NCBI GenBank assembly: GCA_963826325.1
Contig: CAWGWT010000004.1
Span: 6,031-70,030 of the forward strand
Direction: 5' to 3'
Source: Vulcanimicrobiota bacterium
GTDB taxonomy: Bacteria; Vulcanimicrobiota; Vulcanimicrobiia; Vulcanimicrobiales; Vulcanimicrobiaceae
DNA: 64,000 bases
The translations under genes were made by a program, and so were the position numbers. Shown here piece after piece: positions 8,153-18,214 of this stretch (position 1 is its first letter; every line of letters starts with the position of its first letter). The notes under the pieces are model-generated. The model worked only from the letters and a program-made list of their open reading frames with translations, was not told the origin of the DNA and did no database searches.

Positions 8153-9460
8153 GTGCCGGTGACATCGCTTCGCAGCATCGCCGTTCTGTTGTCGGCATCG
8201 GTCTTGCTCTTCGCCGGCATTGCACGAACTCCACGCGCACATCTGGCGACGGGAAGGATCGCACTGACGGCATGGCCTTACCTGCCGGGAAGCGTCATTC
8301 CGCTGCGCGTCGACGGGTTTGCCCCGCCGTATCAAGCGTTGCTGCTTGGAGCCGGCCGACTGTTGCCCGGGGGCCTTTACGAAATTCCGCAAGAAACGCC
8401 GCCCGGCAAGGCTTTGCTCGTGGCGGGAAATGCCGCCGGTCTAGCCGCGACCACCGTCCGAATCGGCATGCCGCCTTCGGTCGATCGTTCGCTTCTCATC
8501 GTGGCCTCGTACGACGACGGCCTAGTCTTTCACGATTCGCGGAACTTTTCTGTGCTGGGCGTGCTCGCAACCGGTGGAACACCCAGCGACGTTGCCGTCG
8601 ACGCGTCGGGAAGAATCGCAGTCGCCGATACGCAGGGCACGGCTTTAACGCTGGCGACGCTTTCGCCCTGGAACGTCGCTCACGTCGAGGGCGTCATCTT
8701 AGGCGACGAAGTCGCGATCGATCGAACCAACCGCGCCGTCTTCGTTACGGACCGCGACGCGAACGGAGCCGGAGCGCTGACGCGAGTGAACGCAAACGGA
8801 AACGTCACGCGGGTTGCAACGGGGGCGACCGCGGAGGGTCTGGCTATCGATGAGCGTCGTCAAATCGTCTACGTAGCCAATGTCAACGACGGCACCGTTA
8901 CGGCTGTTGACGCACGGTCGATGCGCATCGTCCGCCGGTTTCATGCCGTCAGCCGCATTTTCTCGCTCGCTCTGTCGCCCGACGGAACCCGCCTCTACGG
9001 CGTTTCGAATCAAAGTGCCGGCTCACCATTTGCCGCACCGGGGTCCGCTGTCGTACTCGCAGTGCGTGGAACGCCCCACATGATCGCACAAAGCGGCGAC
9101 CTCGGCTTTCCGCTCGGTGCCACGCTCGACCCCAAGACGCAAACGCTTTTTGTGACCGACGAGGGATTCGGCGAAATTGACGTGCTCGATTCACGGACGC
9201 TTCGCGCGAAAAGCCCGCCGCTGCGGACGTGCGCGACGCCCTGGGAACCATCGCTCGATTCCGCGATCGGACGTCTTTACGTGCCGTGCGCCGGCGCTAA
9301 TGCGATCGATGCGTTCGACGCCCGCACGCTGCGTCGCGTTCGCGGCGCGCCTTTTGCGACCGGAAGTTACCCGCTGGCAGTCGCGATATGGCGCCCGAGC
9401 GAGCAAGTACCGCGCGGGAAGCACCGAGTGCGGCGCGAAGTGCAAGACGCCGCTAGATGA
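8153..9460 (+). CDS. YVTN/YncE-type beta-propeller repeat protein, secreted
   Basis: In-frame GTG 8153 of ORF 8123-9460, lying right after the upstream stop, gives the signal peptide VPVTSLRSIAVLLSASVLLFAG. Repeated motifs are present (...VAVDASGRIAVADT..., ...RAVFVTDRDANG..., ...QIVYVANVNDGTVTAVD..., ...LFVTDEGFGEIDVLD...). Confidence 0.7.
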   Translation: MPVTSLRSIAVLLSASVLLFAGIARTPRAHLATGRIALTAWPYLPGSVIPLRVDGFAPPYQALLLGAGRLLPGGLYEIPQETPPGKALLVAGNAAGLAATTVRIGMPPSVDRSLLIVASYDDGLVFHDSRNFSVLGVLATGGTPSDVAVDASGRIAVADTQGTALTLATLSPWNVAHVEGVILGDEVAIDRTNRAVFVTDRDANGAGALTRVNANGNVTRVATGATAEGLAIDERRQIVYVANVNDGTVTAVDARSMRIVRRFHAVSRIFSLALSPDGTRLYGVSNQSAGSPFAAPGSAVVLAVRGTPHMIAQSGDLGFPLGATLDPKTQTLFVTDEGFGEIDVLDSRTLRAKSPPLRTCATPWEPSLDSAIGRLYVPCAGANAIDAFDARTLRRVRGAPFATGSYPLAVAIWRPSEQVPRGKHRVRREVQDAAR

Positions 9461-11568
9461 AACTCGTCGTTCTCGGCCTTATTCTCTTCTTTGGAGCGGT
9501 AACGTCGGCCCACGCTGACGAACTGCCCGCGCGCATAGAACCGAGCCCACCCTTTCCGAGGATCATCGAGGAAGCGCCGACCGTCGAGAGCGTCGCCCCA
9601 GGCGTCGAATATGCCAACTACCAGCTCGAGACGACGGCCGGACCACTATCCGTACACGTTGTGGCCGTGGAGCCCAATCGCGGCGACGTGCGAACGGGCT
9701 CAGTCGTGGCCGACGATGCGCTCGTGTCTCGCGGCGAAACGGTCGGCTCGATGGCACAGCGTACGCGTGCGGTTGCCGGAATCAACGGCGATTTCTTCGA
9801 TATCGGCAATACGAATCGGCCGATCAACATGGTGGTGCGTAACGGCGCGCTCCTCCAGCTCCCGTATAAGCGTTACGTACTTGCGATCACGCGCGACGGA
9901 GTTCCGCACATCGCCGAGTTCACGTTCTCCGGGCAGCTTGTCATCGACCAACGTACGTTGCCGCTTGACGGCCTCGACGAGATGCCGCAGGCCGGCGCCG
10001 GAATCTCTCTGCTGACGCCGCTTTACGGACACGTCCCGCCGCACGACGATGTGACGCTGGTAGCGCTCGCGCCCATCGAAGGCATTCCGCCGCTGACCCG
10101 TTATCGCGTGACCGGCGTTGCCGACAATCTCACTCCTCAACCGCCGGGCTATTACGTTGCGATCGGGCTGAGCGACTACGGCATCGTGGGCACTCCGAAC
10201 GTTAACGACATCGTGACGGCCAGCGGGGACCTCGCGCCGCTTCCGCTCGGCTCGATAACGGCCGCGATCGGCGGCGGTGCGCTCATCCTGCACGCCGGGG
10301 AATGGTACGACGACCGCGACGCACCGTACCGCGAAGAGAATTCCAAACGCATGCCCTGCTCGGGCGCAGCGATCGCGCCCGATGGCCGGCTCTTTCTCGT
10401 CGAGGTCGACGGGCGCCAACCTGAGTTGAGCGTGGGCGTGACGCGCAGAGAATTTTCGGCTCTCATGAAATCGCTAGGCGCAACGGAAGGTCTGCTGCTC
10501 GACGGCGGCGGCTCGTCGACGATGGTCGTGCGGCGCCTGGGCGACAGCGTCGCCGATATGGTCAATTCGCCGTCGGACGGCAAGGAGCGCCCCGTAGCCG
10601 ACGGCATCTTCGTCTATAGCAGCGCCCCGTCCGGACCCCCAGTCCGCATCGTCGCGCGGCCGAGCATCATCCGCGCGATAACCGGTGCCGTGGTACGAAT
10701 GCGCGTCGCGGCGGTCGATGCCGCGTATCAAGTTGCCGCCACGGGCCCACCGGTGCGCGCGAGCGTTTTACCCTCGCGGCTCGGCGTCTTTCGCAACGGT
10801 GAATTCGTCGCGCTGCATTCGGGCACGGGTCGCTTGATACTGCGCGGTGCCGGGCTCACGGGCGATGTACCGGTCGAGGTCAATGCGACGCCGGCCCGCA
10901 CCAAGATAATGCCGGCTCGGCCGAACGTTGATCAAAATGCGACGATCGCCTTGACGCCGCGCGCCTACGATTCACATGGATACGTGCTCGCGCTTCCGCC
11001 GCTCTTGCGCTGGAGCGCCACCGGCGGCAGGATCGATCGCGTGGGGCGGTTTCGCGCCGGCTCCCACGACGCAAACGTCGCCCTTCGAATCGGCATGACG
11101 GTCGCAACCGCGCGTGTGACGGTTGGATCGCATGACGTGGCTTTGCCTTTTGAGCAACACGCGCATTTCGTCACGGCCCGTCGCGGTGGCCGCGGCGGCG
11201 TTTTCAAGGACGCAAGCTGTCAAAGTTGCGTTCGCCTGACGTTCGCGTTTGGAAACGGCGAACGCGCCGCCTATGCAGCCGGCGACATCCCGCTGCCTCC
11301 CGACACGATCGGAATCGCGTTCGACCTGCAAGACGACGGAAGCGACGCACGCGTCAGAGTTGCCCTGCGCAATGAGATAAATGAAGACATTTTGCTCGAC
11401 GCTGCACAGCTCGGCGAACCCGGTTGGCGCAGCGTCGCGGTGCGTTTTCCCATCGATACCCGCGCAGCACGCCTGATGGCGATCTACGTCCTGCCGCCTA
11501 AGGGCATCGAACTCTCGGAGGGCAGCATCATTTTGAGGAACGTTCGCGCGATCGTCGCCGGCCACTAG
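9457..11568 (+). CDS. Phosphodiester glycosidase family protein (DUF2233/NAGPA-like) with C-terminal Ig-like domains
   Basis: The ATGA start overlaps the upstream stop, and a signal peptide is present. Family motifs include GINGDFFDIGNTNRPINMVVRNG and ...LFLVEVDGRQPELSVGVTRREFSALMKSLGATEGLLLDGGGSSTMVV. Confidence 0.75.
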   Translation: MKLVVLGLILFFGAVTSAHADELPARIEPSPPFPRIIEEAPTVESVAPGVEYANYQLETTAGPLSVHVVAVEPNRGDVRTGSVVADDALVSRGETVGSMAQRTRAVAGINGDFFDIGNTNRPINMVVRNGALLQLPYKRYVLAITRDGVPHIAEFTFSGQLVIDQRTLPLDGLDEMPQAGAGISLLTPLYGHVPPHDDVTLVALAPIEGIPPLTRYRVTGVADNLTPQPPGYYVAIGLSDYGIVGTPNVNDIVTASGDLAPLPLGSITAAIGGGALILHAGEWYDDRDAPYREENSKRMPCSGAAIAPDGRLFLVEVDGRQPELSVGVTRREFSALMKSLGATEGLLLDGGGSSTMVVRRLGDSVADMVNSPSDGKERPVADGIFVYSSAPSGPPVRIVARPSIIRAITGAVVRMRVAAVDAAYQVAATGPPVRASVLPSRLGVFRNGEFVALHSGTGRLILRGAGLTGDVPVEVNATPARTKIMPARPNVDQNATIALTPRAYDSHGYVLALPPLLRWSATGGRIDRVGRFRAGSHDANVALRIGMTVATARVTVGSHDVALPFEQHAHFVTARRGGRGGVFKDASCQSCVRLTFAFGNGERAAYAAGDIPLPPDTIGIAFDLQDDGSDARVRVALRNEINEDILLDAAQLGEPGWRSVAVRFPIDTRAARLMAIYVLPPKGIELSEGSIILRNVRAIVAGH

Positions 11569-12482
11569 GGGAGCTCCCAGAGAATCAAAGCAAGTATGCC
11601 GCCCAGCACGAGCGCCGTGCCGAAGGCGGTGGCAAGCATGTTGGGAGCGGCTACAACTTCGACTGCTGGGTAGCTCTCTACCGTCGCGCGCAACGATAGT
11701 CCGCCCACACGAACCGCTCTCCCACCGGCGCTCAATGCTATTGCGTTTGAGAGCGGTCGTTCGTTCTCATCGTCGACTGCGAAAAGAACTGCTGCCTCGC
11801 CGGTTTTAGCGCCACCATGCAGCAGCATTGCGGCCTGTCCGGAAGTAAACATCACCGCTTTGACGATGCGCCTAGCGGCTGGAACGCTGAACGAGTCGTA
11901 CGGCAGGTCCATGCCCGCGATCGTTTGCCGGTGCTCCATCAAGAGGACCGGCGAGAGAAACGCCGAGCCGGCCGGCTGCGTGATCGTCAGACGGTTCCCT
12001 CGCAGATCGCGAGCTTCGACGTAGACGATGCTTCTAGGTATCGTGCGCAGAATGAAATTTCCGGCGTCGCTTCGACGCTGTCTCAACTCCATCGGCGCGT
12101 GGAGCGCGCGTTCGAGAGTGACCGAGCCGCTGGCGGGGGCGTCGGTTGAAGCCAATGGAAAGGTGAGCACGCCCAGCGCCTCTACGGAAATCCGTTGCCC
12201 AGGCGCGCCTACAAAAGTTTGGTTGTCGGGCGCGAAGAGCCCGCTGGCCTCACCGGCTAATCCGGCGATCGCGACACCGGCAGCGATCGCGAGGATTGCA
12301 AACCGCGCGCGCACGCAGGGCGCTTGGAGAAACTGCCGCCGGGCGGCAACGATCGCGACGACGACGAGAGCAGCAAGCACGACGTTGTACCACCCGGCGT
12401 GGTAGACCAGTTGGCCCGGAAGCACGATTTCCACCACCACCGCGGCAGCAACGGTCAGCGCCGCCGTGCGAAATAGGTTCAA
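11565..12482 (-). CDS. Membrane protein, weakly ResB/Ccs1-like (cytochrome c biogenesis)
   Basis: The N-terminal TM region carrying LVYHAGWYNVVLAALVVV resembles the ResB YHSWWF motif. It is followed by a large extracytoplasmic domain and a C-terminal TM segment. The gene overlaps the upstream TlpA-like gene by 4 nt. Confidence 0.45.
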   Translation of the reverse strand: MNLFRTAALTVAAAVVVEIVLPGQLVYHAGWYNVVLAALVVVAIVAARRQFLQAPCVRARFAILAIAAGVAIAGLAGEASGLFAPDNQTFVGAPGQRISVEALGVLTFPLASTDAPASGSVTLERALHAPMELRQRRSDAGNFILRTIPRSIVYVEARDLRGNRLTITQPAGSAFLSPVLLMEHRQTIAGMDLPYDSFSVPAARRIVKAVMFTSGQAAMLLHGGAKTGEAAVLFAVDDENERPLSNAIALSAGGRAVRVGGLSLRATVESYPAVEVVAAPNMLATAFGTALVLGGILALILWELP

Positions 12483-13012
12483 TGCATCCGCACCAAGGGC
12501 TTTACTGCCGACTCCATCTGAACGAAGGTTAGCGCTCCGTCGAATGCGCGAACGACGACTCCGCGTCGATCGAGAATGACGGTGGTCGGGAGGCCCAGCG
12601 CGGTGTAGGTGCGTCCGTATCGCTGCGCGGAGTCGATCCAGATCGGAAAGCGAATCCCCAGCGAGTCCGCAAAAGCTGCAGCACGCTGGGGCGATTCCCC
12701 TTCGTTGACTCCGATGATTGCGATTCCATCGCGCTCATAAGCGTGCGCCAGCCGTTGAAGGTCCGGCATTTCCGCTCGGCACGGCGGGCACCACGAGGCC
12801 CACAAATTCATCAGCACGATTCGCCCGTGATACCCATTGAGCGAGACCGGAAAGCCGCGATCGTCACGTAATGCAAAAACCGGCGCCGCTTCGCCGACCA
12901 AACCTGCGGGGCCGCCGGAACGCGCCGCCGGTAAGACGAAAAACGGCTCAAGAACGAGAAACGCGATTCCCAACGCGACCGCGCCGATGGACCAGAGGAG
13001 ATAACGGAACAT
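12479..13012 (-). CDS. TlpA/ResA-family thiol-disulfide oxidoreductase, membrane anchored
   Basis: WCPPC active site (LMNLWASWCPPCRAEMPDL) and an N-terminal TM anchor. Confidence 0.85.
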   Translation of the reverse strand: MFRYLLWSIGAVALGIAFLVLEPFFVLPAARSGGPAGLVGEAAPVFALRDDRGFPVSLNGYHGRIVLMNLWASWCPPCRAEMPDLQRLAHAYERDGIAIIGVNEGESPQRAAAFADSLGIRFPIWIDSAQRYGRTYTALGLPTTVILDRRGVVVRAFDGALTFVQMESAVKPLVRMH

Positions 13013-13068
13013 TCATAACCCTACGGCCTCCTAGGTCCCTATCCTCCGGCAAACGAATCGGCGTCGGC

Positions 13069-13938
13069 GTGCCCGCCTTGATTCTCGACGGACGAACTCT
13101 CGCCGCCGATTTGCGCACCGAGCTCGTCGCGCGCACGAGGTCACTACGCGAAGCCGGCGTTCATCCTAAGCTCGTCGTCGTATACGTCGGCGAGAATGAA
13201 TCGAGCCTCGCCTACGTGCGCAATCTCGAACGAACCGGTGAGAGCGTAGGCGTCAGTGTCGTCGCCGACCACCTTGCCGAAAAAGCAACCACCGCAGAGA
13301 TCCGTTCTCGGCTGAAAGATCTCCAAGCGGACTCAAGCGTCCACGGCGTCATGCTTGGTCAACCGCTGCCGCCGCATCTCTCAATTCGCGAAATTGCCGA
13401 TGCAATTCCGGCGCACAAAGACGTCGACGGCTCGCATCCGACAAACCAGGGGCACTTAGCATTCGGCAGCGGAACGGAGTACGTGCCGGCGACGCCGGCC
13501 GCCGTGATGCTGTTGCTCGAGCGCAGCCCGCATTGGCCACTGCGCGGCCGTCGCGCGGTAATGGTGGGACGATCGGTCGTCGTCGGTGCGCCCGTCGCCA
13601 TGCTCATGCTGGCACAAGATGCAACGGTTACCATCCTTCACAGAGAATCGGCCGGCTTGCAGCCATACGTCAAAATGGCGGAGATCGTCGTCGTAGCGGC
13701 AGGCGCGCCTGGATTGATACGCGGCAGCGACTTGATGCCGGGTGCGACGGTCATCGACGTTGGAACGACGCTCGTGCGCGGCGTGCTGCGCGGAGATGTT
13801 GATTTTGAAAGCGCGGTTGCCGTGGCGGGGGCCATCACGCCGGTTCCCGGCGGCGTCGGTCCAGTTACGAATGTCGCTCTTCTGCGAAACGTCGTGAAGT
13901 CGGCGGAACGCGCAGGTCGCTCGTCGCGCGACGCATAA
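13069..13938 (+). CDS. folD: Bifunctional methylenetetrahydrofolate dehydrogenase / methenyl-THF cyclohydrolase
   Basis: In-frame GTG 13069 of ORF 12871-13938 gives (M)PALILDGRTLAADLR..., the normal FolD N-terminus and length (289 aa). The family motifs ...VGRSVVVGAPVAMLM... and ...PVPGGVGPVT... are present. Confidence 0.9.
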   Translation: MPALILDGRTLAADLRTELVARTRSLREAGVHPKLVVVYVGENESSLAYVRNLERTGESVGVSVVADHLAEKATTAEIRSRLKDLQADSSVHGVMLGQPLPPHLSIREIADAIPAHKDVDGSHPTNQGHLAFGSGTEYVPATPAAVMLLLERSPHWPLRGRRAVMVGRSVVVGAPVAMLMLAQDATVTILHRESAGLQPYVKMAEIVVVAAGAPGLIRGSDLMPGATVIDVGTTLVRGVLRGDVDFESAVAVAGAITPVPGGVGPVTNVALLRNVVKSAERAGRSSRDA

Positions 13939-13947
13939 GCGAGTTTT

Positions 13948-14520
13948 GTGGTAACGGAGAAGCTTCTGCACGATCTCGATGCGCTGCACCCGCCGCCGCA
14001 TCCACTTCTTATCGAGTTAGAACGACGCGCCGACGACGGCATACCGACGGTCTCGCGCGTGACGGGCCGTTTTCTATCTACGATCGTTACGGCAATGCAA
14101 GCAACTCGCATTCTCGAAGTCGGCACGGACTGCGGCTACTCGACGCTGTGGATGGCGCTCGCTCAGCCCGCCGTGGGAAGGCTTTGGACCATCGAGCCGG
14201 ACGTACGGCGCACCGACGTCGCGCGCTCCTACTTTCGCCGCGCTGGCGAAGAGGACTCAATCGAGGTCTTCAATACGCCGGCGCTCGAGCTGCTCGAAAA
14301 CTTTCCGCACCGCAATCTCGACGTCGCATTCGTGGCCGCGAACGCATCCGAGTATTTGCCATACCTCGAGCTGATGGTCCCCATGCTCAAGCTTTCGGGG
14401 CTGGCGATCTTCAACGATTGTCTGGCAACACCTGAGTTTGCGCGGCGGTTTCTGACCCATCCCGCTCTCGACGCCACCATTCTACCGTTCGGCATTGGTA
14501 TCGGCGCGCGGCAGCAATGA
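13948..14520 (+). CDS. Class I SAM-dependent O-methyltransferase (family 3, caffeoyl-CoA OMT-like)
   Basis: 190-aa ORF containing ...ILEVGTDCGYSTLWMA... and ...LDVAFVAANASEYLPYLE.... Confidence 0.8.
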   Translation: MVTEKLLHDLDALHPPPHPLLIELERRADDGIPTVSRVTGRFLSTIVTAMQATRILEVGTDCGYSTLWMALAQPAVGRLWTIEPDVRRTDVARSYFRRAGEEDSIEVFNTPALELLENFPHRNLDVAFVAANASEYLPYLELMVPMLKLSGLAIFNDCLATPEFARRFLTHPALDATILPFGIGIGARQQ

Positions 14521-14523
14521 CGA

Positions 14524-15006
14524 GTGTCTAACGCAGCGGCCTTTCGCCGTGCGATGCGTCGCGTTCCCACCGGCGTCACGGTCGTCACCACGCTCAAAGA
14601 GGGCGAGCCGCGTGGCATCACCGTCAACGCCTTTGCCAGCGTCTCACTCGAGCCGCCATCGCTTTTGATTTGCGTGAACCGGGAGGCTCGCAGCTATCTC
14701 TTCATTTCAAGCTCGCGCGTCTTCTGCGTCAACGTACTAGCCGGCGATCAGCGCTCGCTCGCCGAGCATTTCTCGGGAAAGGTACGCGACCGCCAGTTCG
14801 CGGAGATCGGCTACGCAATCGATGCCACCGGAGCACCGGTCCTGAACGGCACGATCGCGCACTTCGATTGCGAGCTAGCCCAGGAATACCACTTCGGCTC
14901 GCACTCCATTTTGCTCGGGCACGTGATATCGTGCGGCGCGCGTCCGGGCTCACCGCTCGGGTACTTCAATGGCGGGTTTCACGACTTCGGCATCCACGTG
15001 GATTAG
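14524..15006 (+). CDS. Flavin reductase family protein (FMN-binding split barrel)
   Basis: ...FRRAMRRVPTGVTVVTT...GITVNAFASVSLEPPSLLICV... Confidence 0.85.
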   Translation: MSNAAAFRRAMRRVPTGVTVVTTLKEGEPRGITVNAFASVSLEPPSLLICVNREARSYLFISSSRVFCVNVLAGDQRSLAEHFSGKVRDRQFAEIGYAIDATGAPVLNGTIAHFDCELAQEYHFGSHSILLGHVISCGARPGSPLGYFNGGFHDFGIHVD

Positions 15007-15015
15007 GCTACTCGC

Positions 15016-15657
15016 TTGATACGGCTGACGTTTCCAGTCGGGCCGCTAGCCTGCAACTGCACCATCATTGCGAACGAGGAAAACGGCGACGCGATCGTCG
15101 TCGACGGCGGGGGCGGCATTGATGACGTGATCGCTCGACTAAGCAGCAACGGTTGGCGTGCAAAGTTCCTGGTTCACACGCATGCTCACATCGACCACAT
15201 CGGCGATCTTGGGCGTCTGCGCGAACTCGCCGGCGGCGCGGCGCTGCTGCACCCCGGCGATCTGCCGCTCTACCGGACGCTCGCGCTGCAAGCGCGTTGG
15301 ATCGGAATTCCCAGCGCACCTCCAGTCGTCGCGCTCGACGGCGAGCTGCACGACGGCGACCTGCTCCAGCTCGGAGACCTGCGCTGCCGCGTGCTGCACA
15401 CGCCCGGGCATACGCCCGGCAGCGTCTCCTTTGAAGTTGCCGATCACGAAAGCATCGCGCTGCTCACGGGCGACACTCTTTTCGCAGGCGCGATCGGGCG
15501 CTGGGATTTAGGTGGCACGTCGATGGACGATATCGTGCATTCGATACGCACGAAGCTCATGGATCACGACGACGATACGCCGGTGGTGCCGGGCCACGGC
15601 CCTTTCACGACGATCGGGATCGAACGAAACTCGAATCCCTACCTTATCGATGTTTGA
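15016..15657 (+). CDS. MBL-fold metallo-hydrolase (glyoxalase II-like)
   Basis: HTHAHIDH motif, plus ...HTPGHTPGS... and ...VVPGHGP.... Confidence 0.85.
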   Translation: MIRLTFPVGPLACNCTIIANEENGDAIVVDGGGGIDDVIARLSSNGWRAKFLVHTHAHIDHIGDLGRLRELAGGAALLHPGDLPLYRTLALQARWIGIPSAPPVVALDGELHDGDLLQLGDLRCRVLHTPGHTPGSVSFEVADHESIALLTGDTLFAGAIGRWDLGGTSMDDIVHSIRTKLMDHDDDTPVVPGHGPFTTIGIERNSNPYLIDV

Positions 15658-16216
15658 GCCGGCCGCGCGCAAGCGACGGCTCTTCGTCGGGATCGATCTA
15701 AATCCGCAAGCCCGCGCCGCTTGCGCCCGCATCTCGGAAGAACTGCGCGAGACCGGATTCGCAGCAAAATACGAGGCGGCGGAAAAGCTGCACGTGACCC
15801 TCGCGTTCTTGGGCTTTGTCGAACCGTCGCGTTACGAAGAGATCGTGTCGACTTTGGTTGTGGCTGCCATGCGATCTAATACGTTCTCTTTTTTGCTCGA
15901 CAAACTCGGCGCCTTCCCGCACGAGCGCAAACCACGCGTCGTCTACATCGGCGCCCGCGAACAAGGCGCGCCGTTTCGAACGCTCGCGGGGGAGCTTAGA
16001 AACGCGTATGCTGCACTGGATTTTGAGTTCCGCAACGACGCCGTTGCGCATGTAACGATCGCCAAGGTCAAAAAAGCGAAGCGTCCGCTGCCCTTAATCG
16101 AACTTGCCCCGATTCCGCTCGAGGTTCGAGAGCTGGTGCTTTTTGAATCGCTGCCGAATCCGGCGCACCGGACCTCGCGCTACGAAAGGCTCCTGACCGC
16201 GCCCTGCAGGCGCTAG
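15650..16216 (+). CDS. thpR: RNA 2',3'-cyclic phosphodiesterase (2H phosphoesterase)
   Basis: ATG 15650, in frame within ORF 15512-16216 and overlapping the upstream stop, gives MFEPAARKRRLFVGIDL.... Both HxT motifs are present (HVTLAF and HVTIAK). Confidence 0.85.
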   Translation: MFEPAARKRRLFVGIDLNPQARAACARISEELRETGFAAKYEAAEKLHVTLAFLGFVEPSRYEEIVSTLVVAAMRSNTFSFLLDKLGAFPHERKPRVVYIGAREQGAPFRTLAGELRNAYAALDFEFRNDAVAHVTIAKVKKAKRPLPLIELAPIPLEVRELVLFESLPNPAHRTSRYERLLTAPCRR

Positions 16217-16230
16217 TTAGCGCAGCCTGA

Positions 16231-16716
16231 TCAGCAGTTTTCCGTCGTCCGCACCGTTAGCCGACGGCGCCGGCACGACGTGTTCGTTCGAGCCGGTGCA
16301 GCGTCAGCCGCCCTTGGCATCGTTGCGTAGTCAGGCACTGTGCCGGCGGTGACCTTGCCGCGATAATCGGTGAGCGCTACCTGCAAGGCCTCGAGCGCGC
16401 GTTCGGGGTAATCTTTTTTCTTTTCCGGGTAACCGTCGAGCTCTCGCTCGATGTCGGCCGCCGTGATGGCGGCGGCTTCGTCAATGGTCTTACCCTTGGC
16501 CAGGTTCACGACGAGGCTGCACGTCGCCGTTCCGAATCCGCATCCGGTGGTGAAGTAGGAGATCTCCTCAATCACTGCACCCGGTCCGACCTTCAAGAAG
16601 AAGTTGTACATGTCGCCGCAGGAATCGCTGAAATACTCACCGCTAGCGGTGGCATTCTCCATCGTGCGAAAGCCGCTGCGCTCTTCGACCAAGCGCTGGA
16701 ATTTCGGAAAATCCAT
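16231..16716 (-). CDS. NifU/IscU N-terminal-domain-like Fe-S scaffold protein (variant)
   Basis: ATG 16716 gives MDFPKFQ... and lies 2 nt after the SufR-like stop. The motifs SCGD and TGCGFG are present, but the third IscU cysteine position is not conserved. The C-terminal tail is odd (...CRRRRLTVRTTENC). Confidence 0.65.
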   Translation of the reverse strand: MDFPKFQRLVEERSGFRTMENATASGEYFSDSCGDMYNFFLKVGPGAVIEEISYFTTGCGFGTATCSLVVNLAKGKTIDEAAAITAADIERELDGYPEKKKDYPERALEALQVALTDYRGKVTAGTVPDYATMPRAADAAPARTNTSCRRRRLTVRTTENC

Positions 16717-16717
16717 G

Positions 16718-17359
16718 TTAACCCACCGTCTCTGCCGGATGAAGCTCGAAGCGGCACTCTTTACCACCTCTCGCAAGCGATTCCGTTTGCGTGTGTTTCC
16801 CGCCGATGGTCTCGTCGATCATGTCATGAATGACGTGGCAGACCTCGGGATGCTCCTTCGCCGTACTCGAATACGGGCAGTTGTGCTCGTGCAGTGCGAA
16901 CCCACCATCGATCAAGCTGTACTCGGCGACCACACCGCTCTTGCGCAGAATTTCGGTGAGCTGAGCAACCTTCTGCTCCGGTTCAGTCGCATTGACCGAT
17001 AGCCGCGCGCGGTCGATCGCACGCCGCGAGAGACCGTCGAAGACCCGCTCGACCGCTTCCGTGCCGAACTGGCTGCGGACCTCGCGCAGCACGGCCGTCA
17101 GCATTTTATCGTAGCCTTGCGGAAAGAGCTTTTCGGCATCGACCGTAAGCGAAAACTCGTAGGTTGGTTTGGTTGGTCCACGTCGCACCGGAGTCTCGGC
17201 AACGAGGCCGTCGCGCTCGAGGACCATCAGCTGCTGGCGGACTGCATTGGGCGAAAGCCCGAACGAACGCGCCAAATCGGTCGCCGAAGCCGAGCCTCGA
17301 CGGCGCAGCTCGCTGACGATCTTTCCCCGAGTACTCTGAAAGAAGCGGTCGGCGTGCAT
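16718..17359 (-). CDS. sufR: ArsR-type HTH regulator, SufR-like
   Basis: Winged HTH (...ATDLARSFGLSPNAVRQQLMVLERDGLV...) and C-terminal cysteines spaced C-X12-C-X27-C. The gene is divergent from sufC. Confidence 0.7.
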   Translation of the reverse strand: MHADRFFQSTRGKIVSELRRRGSASATDLARSFGLSPNAVRQQLMVLERDGLVAETPVRRGPTKPTYEFSLTVDAEKLFPQGYDKMLTAVLREVRSQFGTEAVERVFDGLSRRAIDRARLSVNATEPEQKVAQLTEILRKSGVVAEYSLIDGGFALHEHNCPYSSTAKEHPEVCHVIHDMIDETIGGKHTQTESLARGGKECRFELHPAETVG

Positions 17360-17446
17360 CTACGGCGCTATCCTAGCATGAAGGCCGCCGAGATAGTAAA
17401 GTTTTTCCTTGACTTTCTAAGAGAGCCTCGGCTACCATAATTTCGC

Positions 17447-18214
17447 ATGCCCGAACAAGGTCTTCGCATCTCCAACCTGCATTGCCGGGTTGCCGGCACC
17501 GAAATCTTAAAAGGAATAGACCTTACCGTTGAACCGGGTCGGGTTGCGGCGCTTATGGGTCCAAACGGGAGCGGAAAGTCGACGCTCGCCTTCTCACTGA
17601 CCGGTCACCCACTTTACGAAGTGAGCGGAAGCGTCAAGCTTGACGGTGAGGACTTGCTTGCTTTATCGCCCGATAAACGCGGACGGGCCGGCCTCTTCCT
17701 CTCCTTTCAATACCCCGCTGCCATCCCGGGAGTGAAAGTCGCGAACTTCCTGCATGCCGCCCGCCAGGCCGAGCGGCCAGGCGATCTGCCACCCGCGAAA
17801 TTCCGCGCGCTCTTGCTCGAAAAGATGGCGCAGCTCGGAATCGATCCGTCGTTTATGGGCCGCTATCTTAACGACGGCTTCTCCGGTGGTGAAAAGAAAA
17901 GGCTCGAGATGCTCCAACTCGCCGTGCTCGCGCCCAAGTATGCCATCATGGACGAGACCGACTCCGGCCTCGATATCGACGCGCTTAAGGACGTCGGCGA
18001 TTCAATCGCCGCCTTACGAGCCAGCGACGAAGGGCGCAACACCGGGTTTCTCATCATTACGCATTATCCGCGGATCTTGCAGTATGTCACGCCCGATGTG
18101 GTTCACATCATGATCGACGGGCGAATCGTGAAGACCGGCGGACACGACCTCGCACACCGCATCGAGCGCGAGGGCTACGACAAAATGCGTGAGGAGAGCG
18201 GCGCGGTTGTTTAG
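17447..18214 (+). CDS. sufC: Fe-S cluster assembly ATPase SufC
   Basis: Walker A GPNGSGKST, ABC signature FSGGEKKR, Walker B AIMDETDSGLD. Confidence 0.95.
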   Translation: MPEQGLRISNLHCRVAGTEILKGIDLTVEPGRVAALMGPNGSGKSTLAFSLTGHPLYEVSGSVKLDGEDLLALSPDKRGRAGLFLSFQYPAAIPGVKVANFLHAARQAERPGDLPPAKFRALLLEKMAQLGIDPSFMGRYLNDGFSGGEKKRLEMLQLAVLAPKYAIMDETDSGLDIDALKDVGDSIAALRASDEGRNTGFLIITHYPRILQYVTPDVVHIMIDGRIVKTGGHDLAHRIEREGYDKMREESGAVV

